A stretch of DNA of 64,000 bases from Candidatus Aenigmatarchaeota archaeon (GCA_018304605.1 JAGVVU010000034.1:3555-67554), one strand, 5' to 3'; shown: positions 29,670 through 39,815, counted from the first letter of the stretch. Notes: generated by a model not told the origin, from the sequence alone. Program-made: numbers and translations.

Positions 29670-30188
29670 TTAAGTCTTTCCTATATGATACAGGAATCTT
29701 CGGAAACAAAGCTTGAACCATGGCGTGTATTTTCCCGGGTTCTTTTCCATGTCAGCCCGCAGCTCGCCCAGGTCTATCCACTTAAATTCATCAATCTCGT
29801 CTTCATTCGGCTTCACGGGACCGTCATAATATCCGACGAACACATGGTCGAGTTCGTTCTCTCCCCATTCGTCGTCATACTTGGCTGAATATTCAAACTT
29901 GAAAAGAAAATCAGGCTTGCATGCGAACCCCAATTCCTCTTCAACACGACGTTGACCTGCAAGTTCGACAGGCTCGCCGCTCCGCGGGTGGCTGCAGCAG
30001 GTATTGGACCAGAATCCGGGCCAAGTCTTCTTGTGCAAGCTGCGCTTTGTGATAAGAAGCTGGTCTTTATTATTCAATACAAAGACAGAGAACGCGCGGT
30101 GCAAAGGAACGGGATTTCTGTGCGTCTCGAATTTTTCCTTCAGTCCCACCTCGTTGTCCTCGCTGTCCACAAGAATTACTTCTTCCAT
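29670..30188 (-). CDS. idi: Isopentenyl-diphosphate delta-isomerase, type 1 (Nudix fold)
   Basis: HRAFSVFVLNNKDQLLITKRSLHKKTWPGFWSNTCCSHP...GEPVELAGQRRVEEELG matches IDI-1 active-site Cys/Glu motifs. Confidence 0.8.
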   Translation of the reverse strand: MEEVILVDSEDNEVGLKEKFETHRNPVPLHRAFSVFVLNNKDQLLITKRSLHKKTWPGFWSNTCCSHPRSGEPVELAGQRRVEEELGFACKPDFLFKFEYSAKYDDEWGENELDHVFVGYYDGPVKPNEDEIDEFKWIDLGELRADMEKNPGKYTPWFKLCFRRFLYHIGKT

Positions 30189-30230
30189 GAGTAGAATTTA
30201 TTGAGAAAGAGATTAAAATCACATCTTCCT

Positions 30231-30334
30231 TATATCCCACGACTAAAGTCGTGGGTTTGTTGGAAGATGGGATCCCGAATGCGCCTCTAGTATATGCCGT
30301 CTAAAGACGGCAGTTTCAGGCGCATTCAAGATGA
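30231..30334. repeat. Structured repeat element, copy B: hairpin cccacgactaaagtcgtggg, then outer stem gaatgcgcct/aggcgcattc, then inner hairpin gccgtctaaagacggc
   Basis: About 93% identical to copy A over the 3' 80 nt. All differences inside stems are compensatory. Confidence 0.8.
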
Positions 30335-30339
30335 AATTA

Positions 30340-30843
30340 TTATAGAAGTTTCCTGCATTCGTTAAATACTCTTATTGACCAACTGCTGAACGGTCTGGGC
30401 TTTTTTCTCATTAAATTTTCTAGCTGGTTAGTAGATAAAAATTTGGCTTCTGAAACTTCTTTGCTGTTGATTTTTATCCTAGATTTTTCTGATATTTTAC
30501 ATGTAAAAATTTCGTCAAATTCTGTTTCTCTTCTTGAGGAAATCTTCATTTTTGATATTTTTCTAACATTCGCCTTTTTGATGCCCAATTCTTCTCTAAG
30601 CCCTCTGATTGCCGCGGACTTATAACTCTCGCCAATTTTGTTATGCTCACCCATAAATTCCCATCTTCCAGGATTTGTATCCGCTTTCATTCCACGTTTT
30701 TGAATCATGACTTCGCCTTTCCTATTAATTATGATTACAAAAACTCCTCTGTGAATAAGCTTGGGATTTTTGTGGCACTCGCTGCGCAGGGCGCGGCCTA
30801 CGACATTGTCATTCTTGTCCACCACGTCGAAATATTCAGGCAT
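30340..30843 (-). CDS. Nudix hydrolase
   Basis: GVFVIIINRKGEVMIQKRG...GRWEFMGEH...ESYKSAAIRGLREELGI Nudix box. Start taken at the internal Met (MPEYFDV). Confidence 0.6.
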   Translation of the reverse strand: MPEYFDVVDKNDNVVGRALRSECHKNPKLIHRGVFVIIINRKGEVMIQKRGMKADTNPGRWEFMGEHNKIGESYKSAAIRGLREELGIKKANVRKISKMKISSRRETEFDEIFTCKISEKSRIKINSKEVSEAKFLSTNQLENLMRKKPRPFSSWSIRVFNECRKLL

Positions 30844-30871
30844 GTCTAAACCTGGCTTGGATGCTTTATAA

Positions 30872-31981
30872 TTATTCTTTCCTGACGCCTTGCCTGTCAA
30901 TAGTCACATCCAGAGGCGTGAGACCTTCGTCCTGCCATGCAGCAGTGATGTTGTTCGCTGTTATGTCGTCGAAGCATACAGCTATCCCGCAATCGCCGCC
31001 GCCTGCACCCGAAAGCTTGCCTGTAGCGCCGTAATCTTCGGCAATCTGGGAAAGCTTCTTCAGCTCAGGCGTCTCGATATTAACGCCGCTTGCCTTTCCG
31101 AGATCAGCCAATGCTTCCTCATTTTCATTAAGGCATTCAAGGAACTCGTCATTATTGCCTGCTTTGAAACTTTCTATTGCCCTGCTTGCTATACAGGCAA
31201 TATCATTGTAAAGCCTGTAGTATTCACTGGAGTTTGCTGCTTTGAACTCGTTCATCTGCTTGATCGCAGCACTTGTCGATGCTGATTCGCCTGTCCAGCC
31301 AACCAAAAGACGAAAGTTGTCAGGCACTTCAAGCTCCTCTATTACAAGGCTGGGCCAATCCTGGCTTACGATGCTCCTTAACGATTCGCCTGCTTCCACC
31401 TTTTTTGTCAGCCATACAGGATCGAAGCGGCTGTAGACGAACAATCCGCCATAAGTTGAAGCAGCCACGTCGAAAGCGCTACCTACCTTGCCTTGTGCAT
31501 AATAGTGGGCTATCGTAGACAGCTTGTAAATCTCGTCCTTCGTTGCATCATAGCCGTGAAAATCTAACACAGCGGCTATCGCTGCGACAACAACGGCTGC
31601 AGAAGAGCCGAAGCCAACTTTTTTCATTTCCCCATTAACCTCGAACTGCGTGTCCCTGCTGCTGGTTGACAAATGAAAGGGCTTTGAATCTATTCCGCTG
31701 TCTTCCAGATACCTCAAGGATACTGACAATGCTTCTCCAATAAGCTTCATAGCGGCTCTTGACTTGTCATCCAGGCCAGAAAAAGAAACTTTGCCGTCTT
31801 CGTAAACAGCCTTAGCATCATGTATCTTGAACTCTTCGGCAGTTACCCTCATTTTGTCCGAAGGTTCGATTGAAACGTGCACGCGGTTGTTGATAGCAGC
31901 CACAAGGCCGTAGTTGCCGACCTCTAGTATCGCCCATTCGCCGCTTATGAAGAGTTTGCCAGGTGCGCTGTATTCCAGCAT
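30872..31981 (-). CDS. mvaK2: Phosphomevalonate kinase (GHMP kinase, bacterial/eukaryotic ERG8 type)
   Basis: APGKLFISGEWAILE N-terminal motif. GFGSSAAVVVAAIAA. C-terminal GKLSGAGGGDCGIA. Confidence 0.75.
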   Translation of the reverse strand: MLEYSAPGKLFISGEWAILEVGNYGLVAAINNRVHVSIEPSDKMRVTAEEFKIHDAKAVYEDGKVSFSGLDDKSRAAMKLIGEALSVSLRYLEDSGIDSKPFHLSTSSRDTQFEVNGEMKKVGFGSSAAVVVAAIAAVLDFHGYDATKDEIYKLSTIAHYYAQGKVGSAFDVAASTYGGLFVYSRFDPVWLTKKVEAGESLRSIVSQDWPSLVIEELEVPDNFRLLVGWTGESASTSAAIKQMNEFKAANSSEYYRLYNDIACIASRAIESFKAGNNDEFLECLNENEEALADLGKASGVNIETPELKKLSQIAEDYGATGKLSGAGGGDCGIAVCFDDITANNITAAWQDEGLTPLDVTIDRQGVRKE

Positions 31982-33010
31982 TTAATCAACCCTAACTCCA
32001 TCAACAGCCAATTCAGTCTCAATAGGCTTGTATCCCAGGGAAGAGATCGTATCTACAAGACTTTCCCTGTCACTATGGTGGCAAAGCATCATCCCTCCGC
32101 CGCCCGCTCCGCAGAGCTTCGCGGCACCGCCTATCTCAACAACTGCTGAAACAATATCGTCTATTTCTGGTATTGATACGCCCAATTCTTTCAAATTCTT
32201 CTGCGTCTTATTTATCAAATTCTGTATCGTCTTTATGTCTTTCTTCTTTAGCGCTTCCAGCATCTGGTGTGTCATCCTGCCGAGTTCCTGGATACGCGGT
32301 CTCCTGAACGACTCGTCCAGATTCCTTACCAGTTGAACCAGTTCTCCTGTGTTCTTTTCTGGAGGCTTCGTGTAGACAAGAACGAAATTCTCCAGCTTGT
32401 AAGGCACTTCTTTTGAAAGAGGTTTGATTATATTTTTAGGCTGCGCTTTCTCGAACCATATAACTCTGCCGAAACAGCAAGCTGAATTGTCGCCGCCACT
32501 CGGGGTGCCGTGTATCAGTTGCTCCATGCTAAAAGCTATGTCATTTATCTCTTCCAATGAAACCTGCTTCCCGTATTCCGCGGCAATTGCCTGGACGCCT
32601 GTCACAGCAAGTGATGCAGATGACCCTATACCCGCCCCGGAAGGAATGTCAGATTTGATGTTTATGGAAATCCCCCCGTCTATTTTCAATCTTTTCATTG
32701 CAAGTCCTATCATGGATTTCTTGTAGTTCGCATATTTGTTTTCCTTTATGCTCTCAAAAAGGTCTGAAAAATTTCCTTTCTCTGCGCACTTATTCCATAA
32801 ATCAAGAGTATTCTGCGTGGTTGATTTTACATCATCCAAGGAAAAAGAATTGTCATGACCCCATCGACTGTCACGATAACATATTTTATTTGATCTCTCC
32901 GCCTCGATTGTTGTTCGTAACCCGACTGCTGCCAAAATTGCTGGCTCGCCGTAAACTACCGCGTGTTCCCCTATTAAATGAACTTTTCCCGGTGCTGATG
33001 CAATCTTCAT
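31982..33010 (-). CDS. mvk: Mevalonate kinase
   Basis: APGKVHLIGEHAVVYG. GAGIGSSASLAVT. KLCGAGGGG. Confidence 0.85.
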   Translation of the reverse strand: MKIASAPGKVHLIGEHAVVYGEPAILAAVGLRTTIEAERSNKICYRDSRWGHDNSFSLDDVKSTTQNTLDLWNKCAEKGNFSDLFESIKENKYANYKKSMIGLAMKRLKIDGGISINIKSDIPSGAGIGSSASLAVTGVQAIAAEYGKQVSLEEINDIAFSMEQLIHGTPSGGDNSACCFGRVIWFEKAQPKNIIKPLSKEVPYKLENFVLVYTKPPEKNTGELVQLVRNLDESFRRPRIQELGRMTHQMLEALKKKDIKTIQNLINKTQKNLKELGVSIPEIDDIVSAVVEIGGAAKLCGAGGGGMMLCHHSDRESLVDTISSLGYKPIETELAVDGVRVD

Positions 33011-33014
33011 TATA

Positions 33015-34252
33015 TCACGATAGACCGAGCCTTTTTAAGAGTTCTGGGTGCATCCGCAATTCTTTGAAAATTGCGACCGTTCCAGGCGTGAACTTCTCTT
33101 TCTTCATCATTTCATCTATCCTCTTTACAGGGAAGAATTTTACAGAATCAACTTCTTCCTTGTTTATTCTGAAAGGACCCTCGTGACGTCCCATGTAAAA
33201 CATAATCCGCTCCCTGTCGTGCTTTCCTTCTTCTCTGTAATCTTTCATTGTCACCAGAAGAGGCTTTAGTTTCGTCTTGATTCCAAGTTCCTCCTTCAGT
33301 TCCCTGTATGCGCTCTCGCCATAACTATCGCCGCTGGCAACATGTCCGCTTGCTGATGATGTCCACCAGCCTGAATACAGGTCCTTCTTTTTGCTTCGTT
33401 TCTGCAGGAGGAATTCACCTTCCTGTTCAGTATCATTATATGGACAGAGCGGTGCAACAGCCCTTTCCTGTGGCACTCGTCCCTCGGCGCCTTGCCTATA
33501 ACCTTGTTTGATTTGTCTATGACGTCGAAATATTCTGTATTCTCTGCGTTTAGCGTAGTGATCAGATTTTTCTTATCCAGGACTTTTATTCCCAGTTTTT
33601 TTGCTTCCTTTATATCCTCTTTTAAAACAAAACCCCATGACGCGAGTGCAGCGTTTACACCTGTTGGAATCACTTCTTTTATGTGGTCAATTGAATCTTC
33701 CACGAACATGATATCAAACGTACTAACCTTCTCGCGCCTCGCCACTATCTTAATCAAATCACTCTTGTTTTTCGAAATTGTGCTGTCAAGTATATTCTCC
33801 GGTTTTACGGCAATTTTACTGCGGCAAAGAATATCTATTACCTGGCTTTTTTTGTTGCTGGTCACGATATAAACAGTTTCTTTTCTTGAAAGCCTTTGCA
33901 TGATGGGCACGATAAACCTGAAAGGTCCGTAAAGCCGACAAAACTTTTCTTTGTCTGTCTTAATGAATTTTTCCTTCTCGTCGAAAAATGTATCGGACAT
34001 TATCTTGGCTTTTTCAGGATTTTCTTCTGCAACCTTCCTCACGGCGGCTCTTGTAACTTTCATGTTATTTGATAGCAGAAAGAGAAGCCCGTAATTGTCT
34101 TTTGCCGTGCTTATGTAAGGTCTGTGTTTCTCAATTGACTTAACTGGTGGTGCGTTTTTATTCCCGAGACGTTTCCAAGCCCTATGAGAAAAAAATGCCG
34201 ATCCTTTAGCGCTGTCCGCAATAACCCCGTCGAAATCAAAGGCATAAATCAT
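33015..34252 (-). CDS. HAD hydrolase fused to a Nudix hydrolase, with a -1 frameshift near 33410 at a G-run
   Basis: The HAD motif [10 protein letters not shown] and the Nudix N-terminus [12 protein letters not shown]...[12 protein letters not shown] are in ORF 33296-34252. The Nudix box [10 protein letters not shown]...[10 protein letters not shown] is in ORF 33015-33476. The sequence aggaaggtgaa should be aggaagggtgaa to be in frame. Confidence 0.5.
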
Positions 34253-34254
34253 GC

Positions 34255-35244
34255 TTAGAATAAGTGCTCCGTAACTATTTTAGCGCCATCGCCCGGCTTG
34301 CATAGAATAGTGTTCGTTACGCCCTCAAGCTCCGCGAGGCGCATGCTTATTTCCTTAACATCCTGCTCCTGGCATAGCACCTTCACATTCGGCCCGGCAT
34401 CCATGGTAAAATAAGCCTGTATTCCTTCCTCCCTCATCTGCCTGACTGCGTGTATAATCTCCATCGTTGCAGGTATCCAGTAGATTATAGAAGGCTTCGT
34501 CGTGATCATGGTCGCATGCATCTTCAGGGCATTAAATTCGGCTACGCTGCCAACCTTTTCGAAGTCCCGTTCCTCTATCGCTTCCTTCATGACTTTCAAG
34601 TCCCCGTCAACAGTTGCAAGCCAGTCCTTGTAATAGGGACAGGTAGCAACTGTTTGAGCCATTCCCCCGCGGCTGCTGACAGGCTTTTTCTTTGATTCAA
34701 CTATCGTCGCAATCATCCTGAACTCCGGCCAATATTCCTTGCCAACTATTTCCTCGGCATAACTGTCACTTCCGTCATCGCGCTGGCCCCTATGCCATTC
34801 CACGAAGCCGCCGAAGACGCTGCGGCAGGCCGAGCCGGAGCCCTGCCTTGTTAATATTGAAAGCTCTCTTGGAGAAAGTTTGAGCCCCGCTGCCTGGCAG
34901 GCTGCCATAGTCAATGCAGAGAAACCGCTAGCGCTGCTTGCCAAGCCGGCCGCAACAGGAAAGTTGGATTCAGAAACAACACGCGCGTGCTGTTTTATTC
35001 CGGCTAATTTGCAGACCCTGTCGATATGCCCGTGAATGTCCTTTTCGTCCTTCTTGAATTCCTCATCGTTAATTGTTACCGTATGCTCGGCGTACTGCTC
35101 AGAGAACTCGACCGTCGTCTTTGTAGCCATCCCTTCGCATGTCATTGAGATGCTGCCGTTCTGCGGCAGTATCGGATCACTGCTCCTTTTCCCCCAGTAT
35201 TTCACTAGAGCTATGTTTGCGTTTGCTGTTGCCGTCGCTTTCAT
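34255..35244 (-). CDS. mvaD: Diphosphomevalonate decarboxylase
   Basis: NIALVKYWGKR. AAGLASSASGFSAL. GSGSACRS. Confidence 0.85.
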   Translation of the reverse strand: MKATATANANIALVKYWGKRSSDPILPQNGSISMTCEGMATKTTVEFSEQYAEHTVTINDEEFKKDEKDIHGHIDRVCKLAGIKQHARVVSESNFPVAAGLASSASGFSALTMAACQAAGLKLSPRELSILTRQGSGSACRSVFGGFVEWHRGQRDDGSDSYAEEIVGKEYWPEFRMIATIVESKKKPVSSRGGMAQTVATCPYYKDWLATVDGDLKVMKEAIEERDFEKVGSVAEFNALKMHATMITTKPSIIYWIPATMEIIHAVRQMREEGIQAYFTMDAGPNVKVLCQEQDVKEISMRLAELEGVTNTILCKPGDGAKIVTEHLF

Positions 35245-35294
35245 GCTTTAACAATAAATCAAATCTTTTTAAGGATTTTACAGATAGTTGAAAT

Positions 35295-35720
35295 ATGGAG
35301 TACAATGCGGCGTTCTTCGGGCTTCAAGAGGTCTATTTTCTGGTCCTTAAAGAAGAGAAAGGCGAGCAGTTTGCTTTAGAAATGCTCAAGAAAGTCATGG
35401 AGCGGACGCTGGGCAAGGCGTACACATTTGCCGGCTTCAGGAAAGGCGATCCTCACAGCTTTGCCAGGGTTGTGGAAGGCAGGGACGAGGCAGTCGGACT
35501 CCATGTCGAGTTTCCCGAAGTTACCGAACGGGCAATAGTCTACCAGTTCCACACAGACCCTTTCCCGAACCTGAAGGGTCATGTTGACAGCGAGAAGCTT
35601 GATGCGGCATACATGAAATTCAAGGTTGAATTTCTCCTGGGGAAAGACTGGAGCTACAGGACTACAAAGCACCTTTGGAACGGGGATGCATACACTGAAC
35701 ATGTTATCGAGAAGAAATAG
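35295..35720 (+). CDS. Hypothetical protein
   Basis: 141 aa with balanced composition. Confidence 0.4.
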   Translation: MEYNAAFFGLQEVYFLVLKEEKGEQFALEMLKKVMERTLGKAYTFAGFRKGDPHSFARVVEGRDEAVGLHVEFPEVTERAIVYQFHTDPFPNLKGHVDSEKLDAAYMKFKVEFLLGKDWSYRTTKHLWNGDAYTEHVIEKK

Positions 35721-35731
35721 GGGAGTAAAAT

Positions 35732-36745
35732 ATGAAAGTGAAGATAGACGAGATGACAAAGCTGATGAAAAATGTGCTTGCCAAAAACGGGCTCTCCAAA
35801 AGAGAAGCTGAACTGCTTGTAGAAGATTACGTTCTAGGCGAACTCGAAGGCAAGAAGTCTCACGGCATGATGGCGTTCCCGTCCTTTGTCGAGAAGATAC
35901 CCAAAACCAAACGTGGCAAAATTGTCATTGAAAAAGAAGGGATTTCTTTCGCTCTGCTTAACTGCAATCAGGAGTTCGGACAGATCGCGGCAGAAGAAGC
36001 GAGAAAAATCCTTGTCAAGAAAGCTAAGGCAAATGGGATAGCCATGGTAGGCGCTTACAACATGCGCGCATTCTTGAGGCCTGGTACTCAGGCGGAAAAA
36101 ATCGAGAAAGAAGGTATGATAGGGATAGTCGTGAACAACGGAGGACTCGGCTCCATTGCACCTACCGGTTCCATAGACCCCATCTTGGGCACGAATCCCG
36201 TCGGCTTGGCAATCCCGACAAAAGAGAACCCTATCACCGGCGATTTTGCTACATCAAAACGAGCATGGGGAGAGGTGAGAGTGGCCAAGGCGGAGGGAAG
36301 AAAGCTGCCGGAAAATACCTTCATGGACAAGGAAGGAAATTTCACCACAGAACCCGACAAAGCTGAATCCGTAGTTCCTTTTGGCGATTACAAAGGTTAC
36401 ATACTTGCCCTGTTCATCGAGATACTGACCGGCTCATTGGTCAATATGCCAATGGGAGTCAATCCGGAAGACAGTGGGCAGGGTAGCCTCAGGTTCCTTA
36501 CGAAGAAAGGGGACATGAGAGGCGCAATATTCATAGCGATTGACCCGTCGAAATTCACGGATTTCAAAAGATTCAAGGCTGCAAACACAAAGCTGTTGGC
36601 ACAGATCAAAAGCTCCAGAAAGGCGAGAGATGTTAGGGAGATCCTTATTCCCGGAGAGCGTTCTCTGAAAAATAAAAACAAAGCAAGAAGTCAGGGATAT
36701 TTTGAAATCGATAAAGACCTGTATGAAAAAATAAAAAATCTGTGA
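35732..36745 (+). CDS. Ldh_2-family malate / L-sulfolactate dehydrogenase
   Basis: About 337 aa. EGKKSHGMMAFPSFVEKI...GTNPVGLAIP consistent with the Ldh_2 (MDH/ComC) family. Confidence 0.7.
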   Translation: MKVKIDEMTKLMKNVLAKNGLSKREAELLVEDYVLGELEGKKSHGMMAFPSFVEKIPKTKRGKIVIEKEGISFALLNCNQEFGQIAAEEARKILVKKAKANGIAMVGAYNMRAFLRPGTQAEKIEKEGMIGIVVNNGGLGSIAPTGSIDPILGTNPVGLAIPTKENPITGDFATSKRAWGEVRVAKAEGRKLPENTFMDKEGNFTTEPDKAESVVPFGDYKGYILALFIEILTGSLVNMPMGVNPEDSGQGSLRFLTKKGDMRGAIFIAIDPSKFTDFKRFKAANTKLLAQIKSSRKARDVREILIPGERSLKNKNKARSQGYFEIDKDLYEKIKNL

Positions 36746-36748
36746 AAA

Positions 36749-36897
36749 TGGGCTCGGGCGGATTCGAACCGCCGACCTTTGCCGTATCTTCAACCAATCC
36801 TTTGCGTTCTTTCCGTTAACGCTTTCTTTAAAGAAGGGGTTAGTGAAGGCAACGTCATCTCGTGCCTGATTTTCAGGTACCACTAGACTACAAGCCC
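36749..36897 (-). tRNA. tRNA gene with about 76 nt of intronic insertion (D-loop hairpin insertion CCTGAAAATCAGG plus a further insertion), isotype unresolved
   Basis: Acceptor GGGCTTG/CGAGCCC with discriminator A. D arm GTCT-AGTGGTA. T arm GGCGG-TTCGAAT-CCGCC. Variable loop AGGTC. Followed by TTTT. Confidence 0.55.
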
Positions 36898-37065
36898 GTG
36901 ATTTTCCGTTATTCAGAAAACTTTAAGATAGAAGGGATTAATTTATTATCATGGATCTTACCAAAGAAGAAAAGGCGGCTGCCGCCATTATCGTCGTTGG
37001 ATTTGCCGTGGCGATGGTCTTGATGGGCGTGTTCGCTTTCCAGTTCTAATGTGCTGCAAGGAATA

Positions 37066-37725
37066 TTAGCCCTCTATTACGGTCCCGATTGCCGAGCCCT
37101 TCAGTGCTTTTAGTATATTCTTCGGCTCTTTTCCGTCCAATACAATCGTCTTGATTTTTGCCGAGGAAAGTGCCTGAACGGCAGTCCTGTCCAGGACCCC
37201 GTATTTGTTCGGGCTGCCCTTCACCGCGAGCTTCTTCATGCCGGCAAATGTTATCTTGTCCAGCTTTCTTGCGCTACTGGACTTTTTCGGGTCTTTTGTG
37301 TATATCCCGTCGACGTTCGTCATCTTGATGAAAACATCTGCGCCAATACGCTTGGCTGCGATCGCCCCGTTGGCGTCCGTGCTCCTGCCAGGAACAATTC
37401 CTCCTATCACTCCACTCGTATTTGGCCTGATCTCATCGAGCGAGAATATCGGCTTCATCTTCAACATGGCCGAGAGAAACCTTACATTGGCTTCTATCAA
37501 TTTTATGAATATTTCCTCCTTTTCGTTCCTTGCCAAACCGAATTTTTCTATGGATTTCCCGTAGGCGCGCGTAAGCTTGCCGCCGCCTATGACAATAATC
37601 AGCTGATTTTTCCTTTTTATGCCCTCAAGAACAGGAAGCAGGCGGGAGAAATAAGAAAAGTCGGGGCCTTTTTCGCCGATGGAAACAGACCCCCCGATTT
37701 TTACCACGATTTTCATGCTCTGCAC
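37066..37725 (-). CDS. pyrH: Uridylate (UMP) kinase
   Basis: KIVVKIGGSV amino-acid-kinase fold. Archaeal PyrH length. Confidence 0.85.
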   Translation of the reverse strand: MQSMKIVVKIGGSVSIGEKGPDFSYFSRLLPVLEGIKRKNQLIIVIGGGKLTRAYGKSIEKFGLARNEKEEIFIKLIEANVRFLSAMLKMKPIFSLDEIRPNTSGVIGGIVPGRSTDANGAIAAKRIGADVFIKMTNVDGIYTKDPKKSSSARKLDKITFAGMKKLAVKGSPNKYGVLDRTAVQALSSAKIKTIVLDGKEPKNILKALKGSAIGTVIEG

Positions 37726-37769
37726 TTCACGCGAACGCTTTAATAGTTTTTATGGCATTTCTATTATTA

Positions 37770-38157
37770 ATGAGTTCGAAAGATTTCCAAAACTACCGGA
37801 AGATGCAGGACAAATTCAAACTGCCCCAGCTTAACGAACTCAAAGAAACATTCAAATTCGAGCTGGAAGATCATCGCGGGCAGCGAATCGTATTCTTGCA
37901 TTTTCGAACAGGAGATGCTGACTGACGAGGAAAGGCAGAAACTTTTTGACATATACAAGAAGATACAAGTTCTCAAGTGGGAGAACAACCTGCTGATGCT
38001 TCATCCGGACGAGAAAAAGGCTGCCGCGTGGGTGAAGAAGACCTGGGAAATATGGAACAGCGAGATAGAAGGAGAACTTTCGAAGGTGTGCAAAAAGCTT
38101 TCGAGCAGCTGGGGAAGCCTGAGATTCAAAAACGACCGCCCGACCTACAACGGATGA
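37770..38157 (+). CDS. Hypothetical protein, possibly two frames joined by a frameshift near 37915
   Basis: A 52-aa ORF (MSSKDFQNYRK...) runs into the 80-aa ORF 37915-38157. Confidence 0.25.
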
Positions 38158-38699
38158 GCCTGCAGTCTCACTTCTAATTCAAAAAATTATTTTTTGCGGA
38201 AACCTTTTTCTGGGTTAACTGTATAGTGGCAAACGAAAGGGTTTTTCATATTATTTTTCGTTTGAACTACATGGTGAAGCGAAATTTCACCCGTACCGGA
38301 GAACTTTTTTGCTCTCCGTGCATCTGTTAACTCGAAAATTGAAAAATTTCTTTTTTGAGTTAACTATATATATGAAACGTGGACATTATTCTACATAAAT
38401 GGTGATATAAATGGCAGCAAAGAAAAAAAAGAAGAAATAATTCGGGCTTAATTTCGGTCTGAGTTTTGTCAGTTTTTGATCGGACACGTTTTCTAGTTCT
38501 TTTTTTTATTCTCTTAATCCTTTTCTTTCAGGAAAAGAGAGTCATTAATGGAAAAGAAAAATATTGCATAGGCTCATTGGCATTTGCCCTGCATTCAGAG
38601 TAATATGTTTCTTTTTCCAGGGGTTTTTCTTTGCAAATCTGCAAAGAGCGAAGCTCTTTGAGATGCCAGAAAGCGAAGCTTTCTGAGCAAGAAAGAGGC

Positions 38700-39617
38700 T
38701 TACCAGTTCTTTATGAGCCGCTTTATGTCACGCTGCTGCATAGAAGCTAGCTCGTCTTCCCTGATTGTAGGTATACCAAAGTTGAATTCTTCCTTGGTTA
38801 TAATGACTGCCGATTTCCCGACCAGCCTGGAAAAGCCGGATATGTAAGGGATGTTTTTCTGGATCTGCTTTTTGCTCTCCTCGACGTCCGAAAGCAACAT
38901 GAATTTCTTCTCCTTTGCTATCATGTTGAAGGGCGATTGGTACACAAAATCTGTATCGAAGCCTATTTTCCTGAAATTCCTGGAAATCTTGGTCTCAAAA
39001 TCGCTTCTTGGGACAGCTTCTGTCTCGTAGGAGAAACTTATATCAAGCGGCGTGATTATCTTGGTCTTCAGAATCCTCTCTATCTTGAGCGCATTCTTGT
39101 ACATGATCTTAAGCTTCCTGCTCTCGTGCTCGTAAATGCTCTTCTTTGTCACGCCAACCCTGCTCGCCAGTTCCGACTGGCTGAGGCCGGCATTTTGCCT
39201 GGCGTCCCTGAGAGTCTCCGGACTTATCTCGACGAACAGTCCCCCCCTGAACCTGTAGATTTCAGGGAACAGGCCGTTTAGTATGCTTTCCAGAGTCCTG
39301 GGGTTCAGCGCAGGGATGTCAAACCTGTCATAGACAATATTGTCAGAAAGGGCTTCCCTTCTCGTATGCAGACCGACCAGCAGCGACCTTGCATCCAGCT
39401 CCCTTGATAGTATCTTCAGGTTCCGCGCCTGCTCCTCCTGGAAGGAATCGATGTTGCTAAGGACCTTTATGAGCAGCATCGATGGCTGGCGCTGACCTGA
39501 CGGACGTTCTGCAAACGTCTTCCTCTCCTTGCGGGCGGCTATATCAAAGCATCCGCTGTACTCGCAGTAATCAAAGCCTCTCTCTGTGAGCACTCCCTCG
39601 ATTTCCTGAAGCAGCAT
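38700..39617 (-). CDS. Archaeal HTH_XRE-containing transcriptional regulator (COG1395-like)
   Basis: Central LRDARQNAGLSQSELASRVGVTKKSIYEHE helix-turn-helix. Confidence 0.65.
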   Translation of the reverse strand: MLLQEIEGVLTERGFDYCEYSGCFDIAARKERKTFAERPSGQRQPSMLLIKVLSNIDSFQEEQARNLKILSRELDARSLLVGLHTRREALSDNIVYDRFDIPALNPRTLESILNGLFPEIYRFRGGLFVEISPETLRDARQNAGLSQSELASRVGVTKKSIYEHESRKLKIMYKNALKIERILKTKIITPLDISFSYETEAVPRSDFETKISRNFRKIGFDTDFVYQSPFNMIAKEKKFMLLSDVEESKKQIQKNIPYISGFSRLVGKSAVIITKEEFNFGIPTIREDELASMQQRDIKRLIKNW

Positions 39618-39670
39618 ACAATCGCTTCCTCAACAAGCTTATAAGATTTTTACTGCAAGTTTTGGCAGTG

Positions 39671-39806
39671 GGGCCGGTAGCTTAGCTTGGTAGAGCATCT
39701 GTCTTATATGACGTGCTTTGATAATAAACAAAATCAAAGCATTTGGCGTGACATCGTCATTGTCTAAGCCAGCAGAAGGTCATGAGTTCAAATCTCATTC
39801 GGCCCA
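39671..39806 (+). tRNA. tRNA with anticodon UAU (Ile, AUA-reading) if spliced at the canonical 37/38 site; intron of about 63 nt
   Basis: Acceptor GGGCCGG/TCGGCCC with discriminator A. D arm GCTT-AGCTTGGTA-GAGC. Anticodon stem TCTGT/GCAGA with loop CTTATA|intron|A. T arm ATGAG-TTCAAAT-CTCAT. The intron has an 8-bp hairpin GCTTTGAT/ATCAAAGC. Confidence 0.6.
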
Positions 39807-39815
39807 CCTTTTTTA

